From: Sphyrna mokarran
Taxonomy: Eukaryota
NCBI GenBank assembly: GCA_024679065.1
Contig: JAGIQG010000004.1
Coordinates: 105,028,001 to 105,092,000, forward strand
DNA: 64,000 nt
Reading direction: 5' to 3'
The notes beneath the pieces are model-generated. The model did no database searches. It was not told the DNA's origin and saw only the letters and a program-made list of their open reading frames with translations. Every line of letters begins with the position of its first letter. The stretch's first letter is position 1. A program made the position numbers and the translations under genes. This document shows, piece after piece, positions 12,421-25,574 of the stretch.

Positions 12421-13508
12421 ATACACAATATCACCCAACCCGCCACTCTGTTGAGCCCTCCAATTCTGGCACCATATTGCTCCTTGACTGCCCCACCAAC
12501 CGTCCTGATTATCCACGTCCCAAGGCCTCACCCCCTCTGCCCACCTGCTGTTCATTATCCCCACCCACCCCACTGGTCCCTCCACATAAGTTCATCAGTC
12601 CTTCCTATCAACTCCCACCATCTCAGTCAGTCCCCACCTCCCCTTTCTCCCACCCACCTCCCTCACACTTCCCCAATTGAATTTCCCATTCTCAGCACAG
12701 ACTCACTTGCTGCTGTGATTGTCAGTGACCACCCAGCCCCTCCATCACTCAATCAGACTGGGCATTCGGGCAAGGAAACAACCTGTCAGAATTAAATCTG
12801 CACAATGTGTGGGGCAATCCCAACTTGAACAGTTATTCACTGCCATTCAGTTCAACAAAATGTCACTCAATATATTTGTGAACAGAAGTTTTTTTTAATG
12901 TTTATCTTCAACTTACGTAATGGTCAAGATTCTATAGCAAGTTTCAGGGTTTTGTGAACGTCATTTTAAATGTTTGACCTATTGCTTGCCAATAATAGCT
13001 CCGAGGGAACTAATGGGTGAGTTAATCTAGGTTTGAATAGTTATGGGTTGTTTAATTTCATTTCTAGTTCTACAATGCAGCCTTAGTTCAAAGACAGGAA
13101 TCTGTGCAATTAGAAATGATAGCAATTTACTAGTTTTATATGGAAGGAATACAATTAACCTCCTTGATGTATTTCAGAACATAGCAATTAGTGTGGACAG
13201 CATAACTCACTTGATTAGTAGCCTGGGATAATTAAATGTTACATTTAGACAACTCCAACCTTTAAAGATGCTCTACTAGAATATAATCTTGAATATTTGT
13301 AAAAGGAAGCTTCTGATGGTTGCATTTTTAATCACTGGCTATAAATTTACCCATTTATCAATCACACCCAATGCCAGGAATCAGCATGACAAGGTTGGTA
13401 CCACTGCCATTTCAAAAACAATGGCTTTACTAATCAGCGACACTAAAACAAATTAATCCTAGAAACAAAAAAAGAGCTTTCCTAAATTAGCCAAGTGTTC
13501 CTCTTTTT

Positions 13509-13781
13509 AAAGTTTATTTATCAGTCACAAGTAAGGCTAACATTAACACTGCAATGGAGTTACTGTGAAATTCCTCTAGTTGCCACGGTCCAGTGCCTGA
13601 TTACGCCAATGCACTTAACCAGCACATCTTTCAGACCATGGGAGAAAATCAGAGCACTCGGAGGAAATCCACATAGACACGAGGAGAACTCCAACCAGAC
13701 AGTGACCCAAGCTGGGAATCAAACCCGGGTCCCTGGCGCTGTGAGGTAGCAGTGCTAATCCACTATGTAACTGTGCCACCC
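13509..13781 (-). mobile_element. V-domain SINE (tRNA head + V domain + non-CR1 tail)
   Basis: Minus strand has A/B boxes (GGGTTTGATTCCC), a V domain and tail ...CTTACTTGTGACTGATAAATAAACTTT. Confidence 0.85.
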
Positions 13782-14740
13782 GCAACTTCAGCTGAGATTT
13801 TACAACCTCAATCTTAGGTATTGCATTTACTGTCACACACGTTGTTACTTAATTTGCTCAAGAATGACTTTCTACAAAATTGTAAAATTGATTGTTTTTA
13901 AAAGGTTGTGTTTGCTCTTTGGGGATTGATTGAATTGCTTTGATGTTAAGAACATGGCTTAGTTTTGGGTCAACGCCAAGAACATTTGATTTAATAATGC
14001 TTAGGAGAATAGTAAAATAAAATCTACTTGTCATTAGACTTTGCACTTTTTAGTCTTAAGCACAGAGTTGCTCATGATAAGTTTTCTTCTCTCCAGCCAC
14101 AGCTATAAAGGTTAATGGTAACACTAAGCGACCAATGCTCCCTCCTTAAGTGAATGCTGATTATTATCAGGAATCAGTAACTTATTGGCACTGAACATCC
14201 TTCAGCATGCTCTGCAAAGCATATTTTAACTTTATTTTTAACACAGGTTGCAAGAACCCAAACATCTGATCCATTGTACAAAGATAGTATCAGTTATGAA
14301 TCTCAAGGCATAGCAAAACTATAACATAGAAAATTTTGCAGCCCATAGTAAGAAAGCTGAGACTTGGGTGTTCTGAAAAATGTGTTTTCATTGCAGTATA
14401 TTAATGGTGTGCTTCATAGTTGACATATAAAAAGCTCCCTGAACAAAAACAGAGTAAGTGACCTTGCACCACGAGCTGACCATTGTTTGCTTGCACCATT
14501 CATGTTTTCACTTTGTCAAAGTTGATAAAAGTCTGTCTTGCTGTTCAGCGCTTCATCGTGGGGATCACCAATTTACTGTATGTAACCTGTTACTTGCACA
14601 GCAGCAAGTTCGAGCGAAAAATACTGGTATGAGGGAGCAGGTCAAATCGTGATTTATGGCCACCACATGACTCTCAATCTAGGAGATCCTTATAGAGACC
14701 ATGAAGATTTGGAGCCTCAGAGGTCTGGAAGTTAAAGGAT

Positions 14741-16670
14741 ATAGAACATAGAACAATATAGCGCAATACAGGCCCTTTGGTCCTCGATGTTATGCCGAGA
14801 TATGTCCAAACCCAAAATCAAGCTATCCCACTCCCTATCATTCTGGTGTGCTCTATGTGCCTATCCAATAACTGCTTGAAAGTTCCTAAAGTTCCGACTC
14901 CATTATTACAGCAGGCAGTGCATTCCACACCCCAACCGTTCTCTGAGTAAAGAACCCACCTCAAACATCCCTCCTATATCTCCCACCATGAACCTTATAA
15001 CTATGGCCCCTAGTAACAGCTACATCCACCCAAGGAAATAGTCTCTGCAAGTCCACTCTATCTATCCCCCTTTATCATCTTCTAAATCTCTATTAGGTTG
15101 CCTCTCATCCTCCTCCACTCCAAAGAGAAAAGCCCCAGCTCCCTCAACCTTTCCTCATATGACCTACACTCCAAACCAGGCACCATCCTGGTAAATCTCC
15201 TCTGCACTCTCTCCAATGCTTCCACATCCTTCTTATAATGAGGTGACCAGAACTGAACACAATATTCCAAATATGGTCTCACCAATGTCCAATATAGTTG
15301 CAGAATAACCCCATGGCTCTTAAACTCAAACTCCCTGTTAATAAACGCTAACACTATAAGACTTCTTCACAGCCCTTTCCGCTTGAGTGGCAACCTTCAG
15401 AAATCTGTGGATATGAACCCCAAGATCTCTCTGTTCCTCTACATTCCTTATAACCCTCCTCTTGACTCTGTAATCTGCATTCAACTTTGTCCTACCAAAA
15501 TGAACCACCTCACACTAACCAGGATTAAACTCCATCTGCCACCTTTCGGCCCAGCTCTGCATCCTATCAATGTCTCTTTACAGCCTGCAAGAGTCCTCCA
15601 TCTCATCCACTACTCCACAATCTTGGTGTCGTCAGCAAATTTACTATCCCAGCCTTCAGCCCCTTCTTCCAAGTCATTGATAAAAATCACAATAAGCAGA
15701 GGACCCAGTACTGATCTCTATGGTACACCGCTGACATCCAGTCTGAAAATTTTCCCTCCACTACCACCCTCTGTCTTCTATGAGTTACTTATCTGGTTGG
15801 CTAAATTTTCTTCTATCCCACACTTCTTTATCTTCTTCATGAGCCTACCATGGGGAACCTTATCAAATGCCTTACTAAAATCCATGTATATGACATCAAC
15901 TGCTCTACCTTCGTCCACACACTTAGTTACCACCTCAAAGAATTCAATCAAATTTGTGAGGTAGGGACTTACCACTCACAAAACTGTTCTGGTATCCCAG
16001 ATTAAACTGAATCTTTCCAAATGGTCATAAAATGTATCGCTCAGGACCCTTTCCATTAATTTATCAACTACAGAAGTAAGGCTAACTGGCCTATAATTAC
16101 CAGAAATGTTGTTCCTCACTTCAAGAAAGGAAATAGCAACAAACCTTGTTTTTCCTTCTTACATACTTCTTTTTTCTTCTTGAGAAGACATTCGACCTCC
16201 TTTGTGGACCATGGTTCCCTCGGCCATTTCTTCCTGCCTGCCAGGGACAAATCTGTCAAGGACACGCAGTGTTTGTTCCTTAGAAAAGCTCCACTTTTCA
16301 TTTGTGCCCATACCTGACAGCTTCTGTTCCCACCTTATGCTCCCTTAATTGTATCATAATTATCCCTGCCTCAATTATAAACCTTGCCCTGCTTATGACC
16401 CTATTTTTCTCCTTTGCAATAATGAAGGACGCCGAATTGTGGTCACTATTTCCAAAGTGCTCTCCCACAAACAAATCTAACACTTGGTCTGGTTCATTAA
16501 GCAGTACCAAGTCCAATGTGGCCCCACCTCTTGTCAGTTTATCCACATGTTGTGTCAGGAAACCCTCCTGCACACACTGTATAAAAAGTGTCCCATCTGA
16601 ACTATTCGAGTTATAAACGTTCTAATCATATTTGGAAAGTTAAAGTCACCCTTGATAACTATTCAGTGAC
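14741..16670 (-). mobile_element. CR1 LINE ORF2, 3' part of an element split by an insertion
   Basis: (CATAGAA)n tail at 14741; RT motifs YMDFSKAFDKVPH and [10 protein letters not shown]; EN motifs GDFNFP and TRGGATLDLVL; internal deletions. Confidence 0.9.
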
Positions 16671-18416
16671 AAGCAAAGAACAAAGAACAACACAGTAAGA
16701 GAAACAGACCCCTTAGCCCAACAAGCCCACGTCACCATTTTAACATTATGAGTGCCCTCCTCTACCTATGACCTTTGTCTACACCTATTGGGCAAGATTG
16801 GGGGAAGACTAATTTAGGGACAATTTGTTACACCAATCAGTCCAAGAGCACGTTTTTGGGATGTGGGAGGAAACCAGAGCACCCAGAGAAAACCCACGCA
16901 ATCATGGGGAGAATGTGCAAACTCCCGCAGACACTGGCCCAATCCATGTATCTGCACAGCAAACAGTGATAGTCATTGAGCTGTCATGTTGCCCATCAAT
17001 GGTCCAGTTTAACCACACACTAACGACATGAAGCACTAGGCGATTCTTGAAGCAACATCCTTGCACAACCCACTGCGTGTCTGCTCCTTGTTGGTCAACA
17101 AGGTGGACCAAATCACCTGTGAAGTAAAAGAAAAAACATGAAAAAACATGCACAACTTAGACAGACATTTACAGAATCCCTAGAAGCTCAGGAGTAAAAC
17201 AAGTGTGTCATGAAATATATTGGAAGGTCCATAGGAATCAATTGATTCCTAGGGATGTCCCAAGACTTTTGATCTTTATTGAGAAAAGCTTCCTGTATCC
17301 CTCCATCTCTCATCCACTCATGTGCCTAAGTGAGCCTTGAACAACTCTAACATGCCTGCCTCCACCAGTGCATGGCAGTGCACTGGCAGTGCATTCCAGG
17401 CCCCAACCACCCTGTGTGTGAAAAACTTCCCTCTAACATCCGAATTATACCTCCCCCCCACCCCCCACCCCCTCACCCTAAGCCCGTGGCCCCTCATAAT
17501 TTTTGTATCCAACCTAAGAAAAAGCTTACCTCTGTTCACTCTATCTATACGCTTCATAATCTTATACACCTCTGTTAGATCTCCCCTCATTCTCCGTCTT
17601 TCTAAGGAGAACAGCCCCAATTTGCCCAATCTCTCCTCATAGCTGAGTCCTTCCATACCAGGCAGTATCCTGGTAAACTTCCTCTGAACTTTCTTCAGGG
17701 TCTTCACATCCTTCCGGTAGTAAGGCAACCAGAACTGGACGCAGTACCCCAAATGCAGGCGAACCAACGTTCTATACAACTGCAACATTAGAAGCCAGCT
17801 TTTATACTCTATAACCCTCCTTATAAAGACAAGTATACCAGAGGACTGCTTCATCACCTTCTCTACCTCTACTACCACCTTCAAGGACTTGTGTACTTGC
17901 ACACCCAGGTCCCTCTGCATTTCTATACTTTTAATAGGCCTACCATTTATCGTGTAACTCCTCCCTACATTCATTCTTCCAAAATGCATCACCTCGCATT
18001 TATCTGGATTAAATTCCATCTGCCATTTCTCTGCCCAATATACCAGCCTATCTATATCCTTCTGTATTGCCTGACACTGCTCTTCACTATTAGCAAGTCC
18101 AGCCATCTTCGTATCATCTGCAAACTTGCTGATCAACATCACTTACTCCCTATTCCAAGTCATTTATGTATATTACAAATAGCAAAGGCCCCAGTACTGA
18201 GCCCGACGGCACACGACTAGTTACAGACCTCCAGCTAGAAAAGGACCCTTCCGCTGTTACTGTCTGTCTCCTGTTACCAAGCCAGTTTTCAATCCATCTA
18301 GACACCTGTCTTTGTATCCCATGAGCCTTAATCTTTTCCACCAACCTACTATGAGGGATTTTGTTAAACGCCTTACTAAAATCCATGCAGACAACATCCA
18401 AGGCTCGTCCTTCATC
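16671..18416 (-). mobile_element. 5'-truncated CR1 LINE with composite 3' UTR (spacer + V-SINE + CR1 tail), copy 2, nested in another CR1
   Basis: ORF2 17318-18416 (DFSKAFNK, GSVLGP, KFADD); 3' UTR homologous to 10709-11242; TSD GAC at 16668-16670 and 18417-18419. Confidence 0.9.
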
Positions 18417-18850
18417 GACCTCCACACGTATCCATAATCTGCTTTGCCATTTCCTCCCTCACATCTCTATTACCATTTGGGGGCCTATAGAAAGCTGCTA
18501 ACAACGATCCTTTCCTATTTCTAACTTCAGTCCTTATTACCTCAGTAGGCAGTTCGCCCTCAAAATACCTTTCAGCAGCTGTTAAACTATCTTTGATTAA
18601 CAATGCTATTCCTCCACCTCTTTCACCACCATCCCTACTCTTACTGAAACATCTATACCCTGGAACAGCCAACAACCATTCCCATCCCTGTTCTAACCAT
18701 GCCTCCATAATGGCCACAACATCATTGTCCCAAGTACCAATCCATGCTCCAAGTTAACCCACTTTATTCTTGATGTTCCTTTCATTGAAGTAAATACTCT
18801 TCAATCCACCATCCTGTTTGTCTGTATACTCTTGCGACCTTGATACCTTC
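18417..18850 (-). mobile_element. 5' part (APE endonuclease N-terminus) of the CR1 at 14741-16670
   Basis: GLKSIYFNERNIKNKVG...RGGGIALLIK...FYRPPN...QIMDTCGG continues across the insertion into H*IVIKGDFNFP below 16670. Confidence 0.85.
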
Positions 18851-19036
18851 TTCAGTTTAAAGCCAATTTGTTTTTTATTAAAGCTCTTTGGCAGTTTATT
18901 CTTGCAAGCTTCACTGCTTAGTGTGCTTTTAATGGTTGTTGACAATTCCTTTTAGCTTCTTCACGCACCCCCACATATTTCTACATGTAAGAAAACAATG
19001 GCCTATTCACTGGACATTCTTTTTGGACATGTGGAA

Positions 19037-19320
19037 GGGTACAGTGGCACAGTGATTTGCACTGCTGCCTTCCAGTGCCAGGGACTAGGGTTCAATTCCT
19101 GTCTTGGGTCACTGTCTGTGTGGAGTTTGCAATTCTCCTGTATCTGTGTGGGTTTCCTCCCACAGTCAAAAACAAGCAGAATAGGTTAATTGGCTGTGAT
19201 AATTTCTCCCTCCGTATACCCAAACAAGTTCCAGAGTGTGGCAGCTAGGAGATTTTCACAGTAACTTCTTTGCAGTGTGAATGCAAGTCTACTTGTGACT
19301 AATAAAAGTAAATTTTAAAC
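19037..19320 (+). mobile_element. V-domain SINE
   Basis: GTGGCACAGTG A box, GGGTTCAATTCC B box, GTCTGTGTGGAGTTTGC V domain, tail CTACTTGTGACTAATAAA. Confidence 0.85.
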
Positions 19321-19363
19321 TTGTAGCAGATAAAACAAATGCATTTCTTGAGACATTATTTGC

Positions 19364-20880
19364 TGTGAAATATTTTGTATGGGCACTTTGACCAGTTTAT
19401 AACTCAAAAACACATTTATCCAGGTACTTTATGAGACAGACAAAAGACTACAGTTTATTTTTATTAAAACACCTGCAAGTTAAAGAAACAATTCTTACAC
19501 AATAAATTAACTTTTCCTCAAATTAGGCTGACTGCCTGAAAAACACATAGACAACCTGCTCTGGTGAACTTCACTAGGATGATGGATTTAATTCACTGAG
19601 CTCATGTCATTGGATAAACTCAGGATCTCCTTGGTGTGAAGGTGGATTTCGCATGTCATCTTCCATTGACATGGGTTGCCGGTCGCAGCAGTCTTCACTG
19701 GGGGTCATCTCCAGTTGTCCGTTTTTATTCCCTCTCTGAGCCATTTTGGAACGTTTTCTGGCTTTCAGTCATGGGGTCACTGGGCAGAGGTCACAGTCCC
19801 TAGTGAGGTAAGGCCAGATCATCCCAGGTGTGCATTTCCTTTTTCAAGGTATGGTATGTGGTTCCAGTCTGGCTGAAACTGGGGAGACACAAACATGATG
19901 ATTGGAATCTTACCAGTGTTCATGCCGGCAGGGTTTCCCCATCCCGCCACAGTGAACATAGAACACAGAACATAGAACATTACAGCACAGAACAGGCCCT
20001 TCGGCCTTCGATGTTGCGCCGACCAATATAAAAAGCAATGCCCCTCCAAACTAAACCATTCCCTTCTCTTCCATATACTTATCAACTAACCTCTTAAACG
20101 CCACCAAACTTGGCGCATCTACAACCGCTGCAGGCAGGGCATTCCACTCCCGAACCACCCTTTGGGTAAAGAACCTGCCTCTGATATCCGTCCTATAACT
20201 ATCACCCCTTAATTTAAAGCTGTGTCCCCTCGTGCTAGCTTTCTCCATCCTAGGAAAAAGGCTATCACTGTCCACCCTATCTAAACCTCTAATCATCTTA
20301 TATGTTTCGATTAGGTCCCCTCTTAGCCGCCTCCTTTCTAACGAAAACAACCTCAAATCCCTCAGCCTCTCTTCATAAGACCTGCCCTCCATACCAGGCA
20401 ACATCCTGGTAAACCTCCTCTGTACCCTCTCCAATGCCTCCACATCTTTCTTATAATGCGGGGATCAGAACTGCACACAATACTCCAAGTGCGGCCGCAC
20501 TAGAGTTTTGTACAGTTGCAACATGACGTTGCAGCTCCGAAATTCAACCCCTCTACCAATAAAAGCCAAAGTGAATGCGGATCTGGCTGGCCCCCAAATT
20601 CTCTGAGCTTGCTGCAGTGGGAACATGGCGTGAACAAATGATAAAATTGTGTCCTATGTCTTTTTCTTTTGTCCTGGTTGATACTGCTTGGTGGGTTTCA
20701 GACTCTTCCTTTATTAAAATCAGACATCCCTATTCAATATGCAGGACAGATCTGGACTGGCCCCTGTTGTCTTTTGACCTCTGATAACCTTGTCCGCATT
20801 CAATCAGGCCTTGCTTGCAGATGCTGCCTAGCTGTGTTTCATTTAGACCCCCACATTGCTTTATCCATTGCATCATAACA
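19364..20880 (-). mobile_element. Probable solo LTR (about 0.9 kb net), interrupted by a young CR1
   Basis: TG...CA termini (TGTGAAA / CATAACA), near-TSD TTGC/TTGA, minus-strand AATAAA near 19455-19465; abuts Gypsy pol. Confidence 0.5.
19957..20569 (-). mobile_element. Young 5'-truncated CR1 (HER1-like), copy A
   Basis: Intact 130-aa ORF2 C-terminus (20051-20443), (GAACATA)n tail, TSD AGTGAA at 19951-19956 and 20570-20575. Confidence 0.95.
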
Positions 20881-23768
20881 TTGAAGTAGAGCTTCGGCGA
20901 TTGGAAGATTATTGTTATGAAATCTCTACAGTTTTCTAAATAGGCTGCACCTGAATTCCCTGTCTTCAAACCAGATTACCGTATGAAAATCTGTGGGAAT
21001 TATAAACTAATTGTAAATTGAGGAACTCAGATAGGCAGATGCCCTATTCCTAGAATTGACAATCCTTACATAAGTTAGACGTCAGCTACGTTACCAACCA
21101 TTGGATAAAGATTCCCAGAGATTAGTTCCTATCAACACCCAGAAGGGACTATATAGTATACACAGTTACCTTTTGGAGTCTCAGCGGTTTTTGTCATTTT
21201 CCAGTGTACAATGGAAAGTTTATTCCAGGGCATTCCTAACATAGTGATGTATCTGGATGACATCCTGATTAAAGGAGTCTCACCTGAGGCACACAGGTCA
21301 AAGTTAGAGAAAGTCTTGAAAAGATTTAAAGAAATGGGTGTCTGTTTGAAAAGAAAAGAATGCACTTTCCAACAGATTAATTTACATACCTGGATTTCAG
21401 AGCTGATGCTAAAAGGTTACACTCTTTGGAGGATAAAGTTAAAACTATTAAGGAAGTGCAACAATCTAAAAATGTATCAGAGTTAAAATCATTCCTAAGA
21501 TCATGAATTACGGCAGAATCTTACAAAATGTGTCTACAATCTTAGCCCCCCTTCACTAGCTTTTGAAGAAGCATCAGCATATGGGATTGAATATGGGAAG
21601 AGAAACAAAAAGAAGCATTTATCAAAACAAAGCAGACATTGCAATCATCGACACTCCTTGTATATTTTAATCCTACCAAACTATTAATAGTTACCTGTGA
21701 TCTTCATTATATGGAAGAGGAGCAGCTTTGTCCCATAGGTATCTAATGGAGTAGAAAGGCCAACTGCATTTGCATCAAGAATACTGTCAGATGCAGAGAA
21801 AAACTACTCTGAGATAGACAAAGAAAACCTGGCAGTAACTTATGCAGTGAAGAAGTTTCATTAATAAGGTATCAGATCACAAGCCATTGTTGGGTTTATT
21901 CTGAGGGGCTAAACCAGTGCCACCAATTGCCTCTGCAAGGGTACATTAATGGATTCTATTGCTAGCAACGTATAGTTATTTGTTTCAGCATCAACTAAGG
22001 ACACAAATATCAAATGCAGATGCACTTGGCCATTTCCCTTTGCTGTAGACAGTAGCTTCAACCATCGATCGCACAAGAAATAGTGCTGGCACTACTCTTA
22101 AAGAGACCTTTGCCAGTCTCAGCAAAACATAAAAAATGTAGATCAAAAGAGACCAGTATTATCAAAAGTTAAGAAGATGGTGATGCAAGGATAGCACTAT
22201 AATAAGTCAAAGCTACGCAAACCTATTGGCAATGAAGAATGGAGATAACATATGAGGACAGCATATTATCGTTAGAGGGGGTGATAACTTCTATTGCAGG
22301 AATTGCATGATACACAGCCAGGACAAAGTAGCACAAAAGCACCTGCTGAAGTTTTGTTTGGTGGCTGTGCATCAATAAAGAAATTGAAAGAATGGTTAGC
22401 CAGTGATCTGGTTATGAAGTCCAACAGATATTGCTGCCACCAGTGAATATACCTTCTTGGAGTGGCCAGATAGGCCTGGGTCAAGACTACATATAGTCTT
22501 TGAAGCGCTGTTCATGGGAAATGCGTTTCTCATCTTGGTTCATATGCATTTTAAATGGGTGGATGTCCAATTGATGAAGTCTACAACAGCCAAAGCCTCT
22601 AGTGACAAGTTAAGGCAGGTTTTTGCCAACCATGACATCACAGAGGTCTTAGATCAAATATTATTTACAGCCAAGCAATTTCAGAAACTTAAGTTAAATT
22701 GTATTGGCCATGGTAAGTCATGACAAAAAGCAGAATAAGCTATATAAACATTTTATTCATTGAGAAAAAGATGTTTACAGGCCATTATCTTTACATTTGG
22801 CAAGTTTCTTGTTATTGTACAATACAATGCCAAATGCATCCACAGCTCAGTTACTATTGGGACACAATTGAATACAATATTTCCAAATTTGGAGAGGAGG
22901 GTGGAGGTCGGACAAGTCTCCCAGAAAGGAAACCATGACTTGAGAAAGAAAGATAAAGTCTTCCAAGTTGATGATTTTGTTTTGAGCTAAGTACTTTGCA
23001 ACAGGATGACATGCTGCAAAGCAGGGTTGGTAAATTTATGGAAAGAATGGGCTCAGTCTCCTAAGTTGTAGAAGTATAATGTCGTCGTGTAAAAAAACAC
23101 GTGGAGCACTTCAGGAAGAGATTGTGATTGATACAGAGGATCAACAGACATCATCTATAGTAACCTCATGTTCATCAGATGCAGATATGTCAATGCTATT
23201 GTAAATGTGGAATTGGAGCAACCAGCTGTTCCTGTAGCTGAGGACACAGTAGCTTTTGAGGAGGACCTCAACCCTGAATGGATGACGTTGCCTTTTGCCA
23301 CTGTCTACCCAAGTCCATCATTTGCCAAAAATCATAATATTTAATTGTGATATTCCTCCAGAGCCCAGAAGTCTCCTGACCAACTGAAGTTCTGAAGAGA
23401 TTTTTCTGGGTTGCTCCTGATAATTTGTCATATGCATGCATATCTTTAAGAATGATCTTTTTCTTTCATTCATAGACAAACTCAGGAATTAGGAGGAATA
23501 GAGTATGGCAGCATAATCTCTTTAAGGAGGCAATCCCTGAAGACCACATAATCGTGCTAGACTCTGTGGAAAGGCAGCATGGGAAGCTCAGCTAATCGCG
23601 TGTAAATGTACGCTGGTTCTGGAGGAACATCAGTTAGAGCCAGGGAGGAGAGGTGAGCAAATGTGTATTACAATTCTGTCAGACACTTGTTTGTATACAG
23701 ATAAACATTGTTGGTTATAAAACCTTAATAATTTGAAGCCATAATGAGTTGCCTTCAAAGTTATTGCA
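20881..23768 (+). mobile_element. Decayed Ty3/Gypsy LTR retrotransposon (RT-RNaseH-integrase, PPT, probable 3' LTR)
   Basis: KICGNYKL, LPFGVS, YLDD (21250-21261), RNase H ERPTAFASR..AEKNYSEIDKE, integrase DRPGSRLHI..FMG; purine tract near 23491-23503, LTR-like 23504-23768; many stops and frameshifts. Confidence 0.9.
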
Positions 23769-23774
23769 GCTATG

Positions 23775-23920
23775 ATTGCTACCTTCAGAAAGATAAAGGC
23801 ACAAGACACATGGAAACACCTCCCATGTGGAAGTCACTTGTATCCTGACTTAGAAATATATCACTGTTCCTTCATTGTCAAAAAGTCAAAATCCCAGCAC
23901 TCCTTCGCCAAAAGTGCTTC
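23775..23920 (+). mobile_element. Short 3' fragment of LINE family B
   Basis: ATCCTGACTTAGAAATATATCACTGTTCCTTCATTGTC...AAAATCC is homologous to 63040-63100. Confidence 0.6.
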
Positions 23921-25574
23921 CAGTCCTCACCCACCATCATCTACGCATTCCCTGTGCCCCATACATACCAATCCATGCCACATCATGCTCAGTTCCTACC
24001 ATCATAGCACTTCATACTCTCCATGCCAACCCATTACGAACCCCTGTAGTCTCCCCAACCCTCCATGTCATCCTATGCTCTGTACCCACTCCATAGCCTT
24101 TTATATCTGTTATATCAACTTTGTCTCAACGTATGCCAACTCATGCTCACAATGGCTATCTTTGTCTTTATACTTATGATGCCAATTCACCTATTATCAA
24201 TCATGGACAGACCTCAGCACCCAAAAGAAGAGATAAAATAAAGTCCTATGAAATGAAATTCAAAGTTTATATTGCAGATGTTGCTATTTTTGAAGGAACA
24301 TTTATTCACGAAATAAAGCATTTCCTACTTTTACACTCCTTCAACTATATTAAGCTTTTTTAACAACAAATATTTTATTCAAGGGGGTAATCCATTAGAG
24401 CAACAAGCATTGGAATTCACAGTCACATTTCCAAGAGTCTATAACTACTTTTAGGGTGTCAATTAAACTGAAATGATAAGTATCGTGGCTTGATAACTAA
24501 TAGTTATGAAATCAGTCAAGCAATAGTAGTAAGTAATGGAAACCCTCAACCTCACATCAACAGATGAATGATATAGCAACAAATAATTTGTTCTTATCAC
24601 CACAGACATTTTAAAATTTAAAGTGCCAGACTTTGCATGCTTTGCAGCTTGACAGCACCCTTTGACAGATGTTTTTGACACTTTTGACAATTGGCACTTT
24701 AACCAGGTCCTCTTAATACTTCTAAGATATCTGCTTTACAGGTGCTGTTGGCAGTTTTGGCAGCTGATTTTGACACATCTGTTTATAGTTCCAATGAGCT
24801 AGATAGCCAATGATTTTATGCAATTTTGTGTATACGCATAATTAGTTTTAACAATTCCAAAGGCTCCTTACCACATTCAAAGGACATGTGACTTTCCCAA
24901 AGGTGAACCAAGGCTCTATCCAAAGGGATATCTCACTTCCAGTCAAACAACTTTGGTTATCTAAGCAAATTCACTAAGTTCAAGTTCAGGCTTACTCTTA
25001 CCAAGTCTAATCTATGCAGTTCAGGTTTCACTCTGCATCTGACCTCAATGAAGGCAGTTGGGCCTGCTGCCTACATGAGCCATTCATGCATGAATCACAA
25101 ACCACCCTCTTTCCCAGCCATGTGAAAATAGGAAACATTGAGTTTGAGGTGGAGCTTATGGTTTCCAGACACTTTCACTATTTTTGTCACAATGGAGAGG
25201 TTCGCTGTTCTACAGAAAAACTGACCTTTGTGTCTGGGCCGAGCTATTTGTAATGTTATGTAATTGATTTGAGAAGTTAACCATTCATTGCTCCATCAAT
25301 GGGTTTCCTGATTTACCAATTACCTTGGCTACATCGTAGATGGATTTGTATTCCAGAAATTGATGGCATACTCATCAATTAATATGAACAGGGAGCTGAA
25401 AAATTCAAGTATGAATTGTAACTTCAGACATGCTGATCCACAATTTCAGGTAAGGGATTTAGATTGCCTGATGAAATAATTTATCTTTGTGATATAAAGC
25501 TTGGCACAATGACTTTTTTTGGAGTGAAGCACATGATACATCTAAAAATTTTGATTTTATATTCATGGAGCAAA

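Noticed and set aside
12081-12680. 199-aa Pro/Ser-rich ORF
   Set aside because: Non-ATG start, low complexity, overlapping open frames caused by C-rich repeats, and no recognisable domain.
16902-17153. 83-aa ORF in the composite CR1 3' UTR as a second gene
   Set aside because: The homologous copy at 10790-11010 has a stop and indels in that frame.
18150-18717. Apparent single CR1 with an EN-to-RT internal deletion
   Set aside because: The EN frame continues below 16670 and a GAC TSD flanks the inner part, so it is a nested insertion.
25357-25449. Possible 93-nt exon (TTCCAG|...TTTCAG|GTAAGG) open in one frame
   Set aside because: Peptide KLMAYSSINMNRELKNSSMNCNFRHADPQFQ is not recognisable, the pyrimidine tract is weak, and no partner exons were found; it needs RNA-seq.
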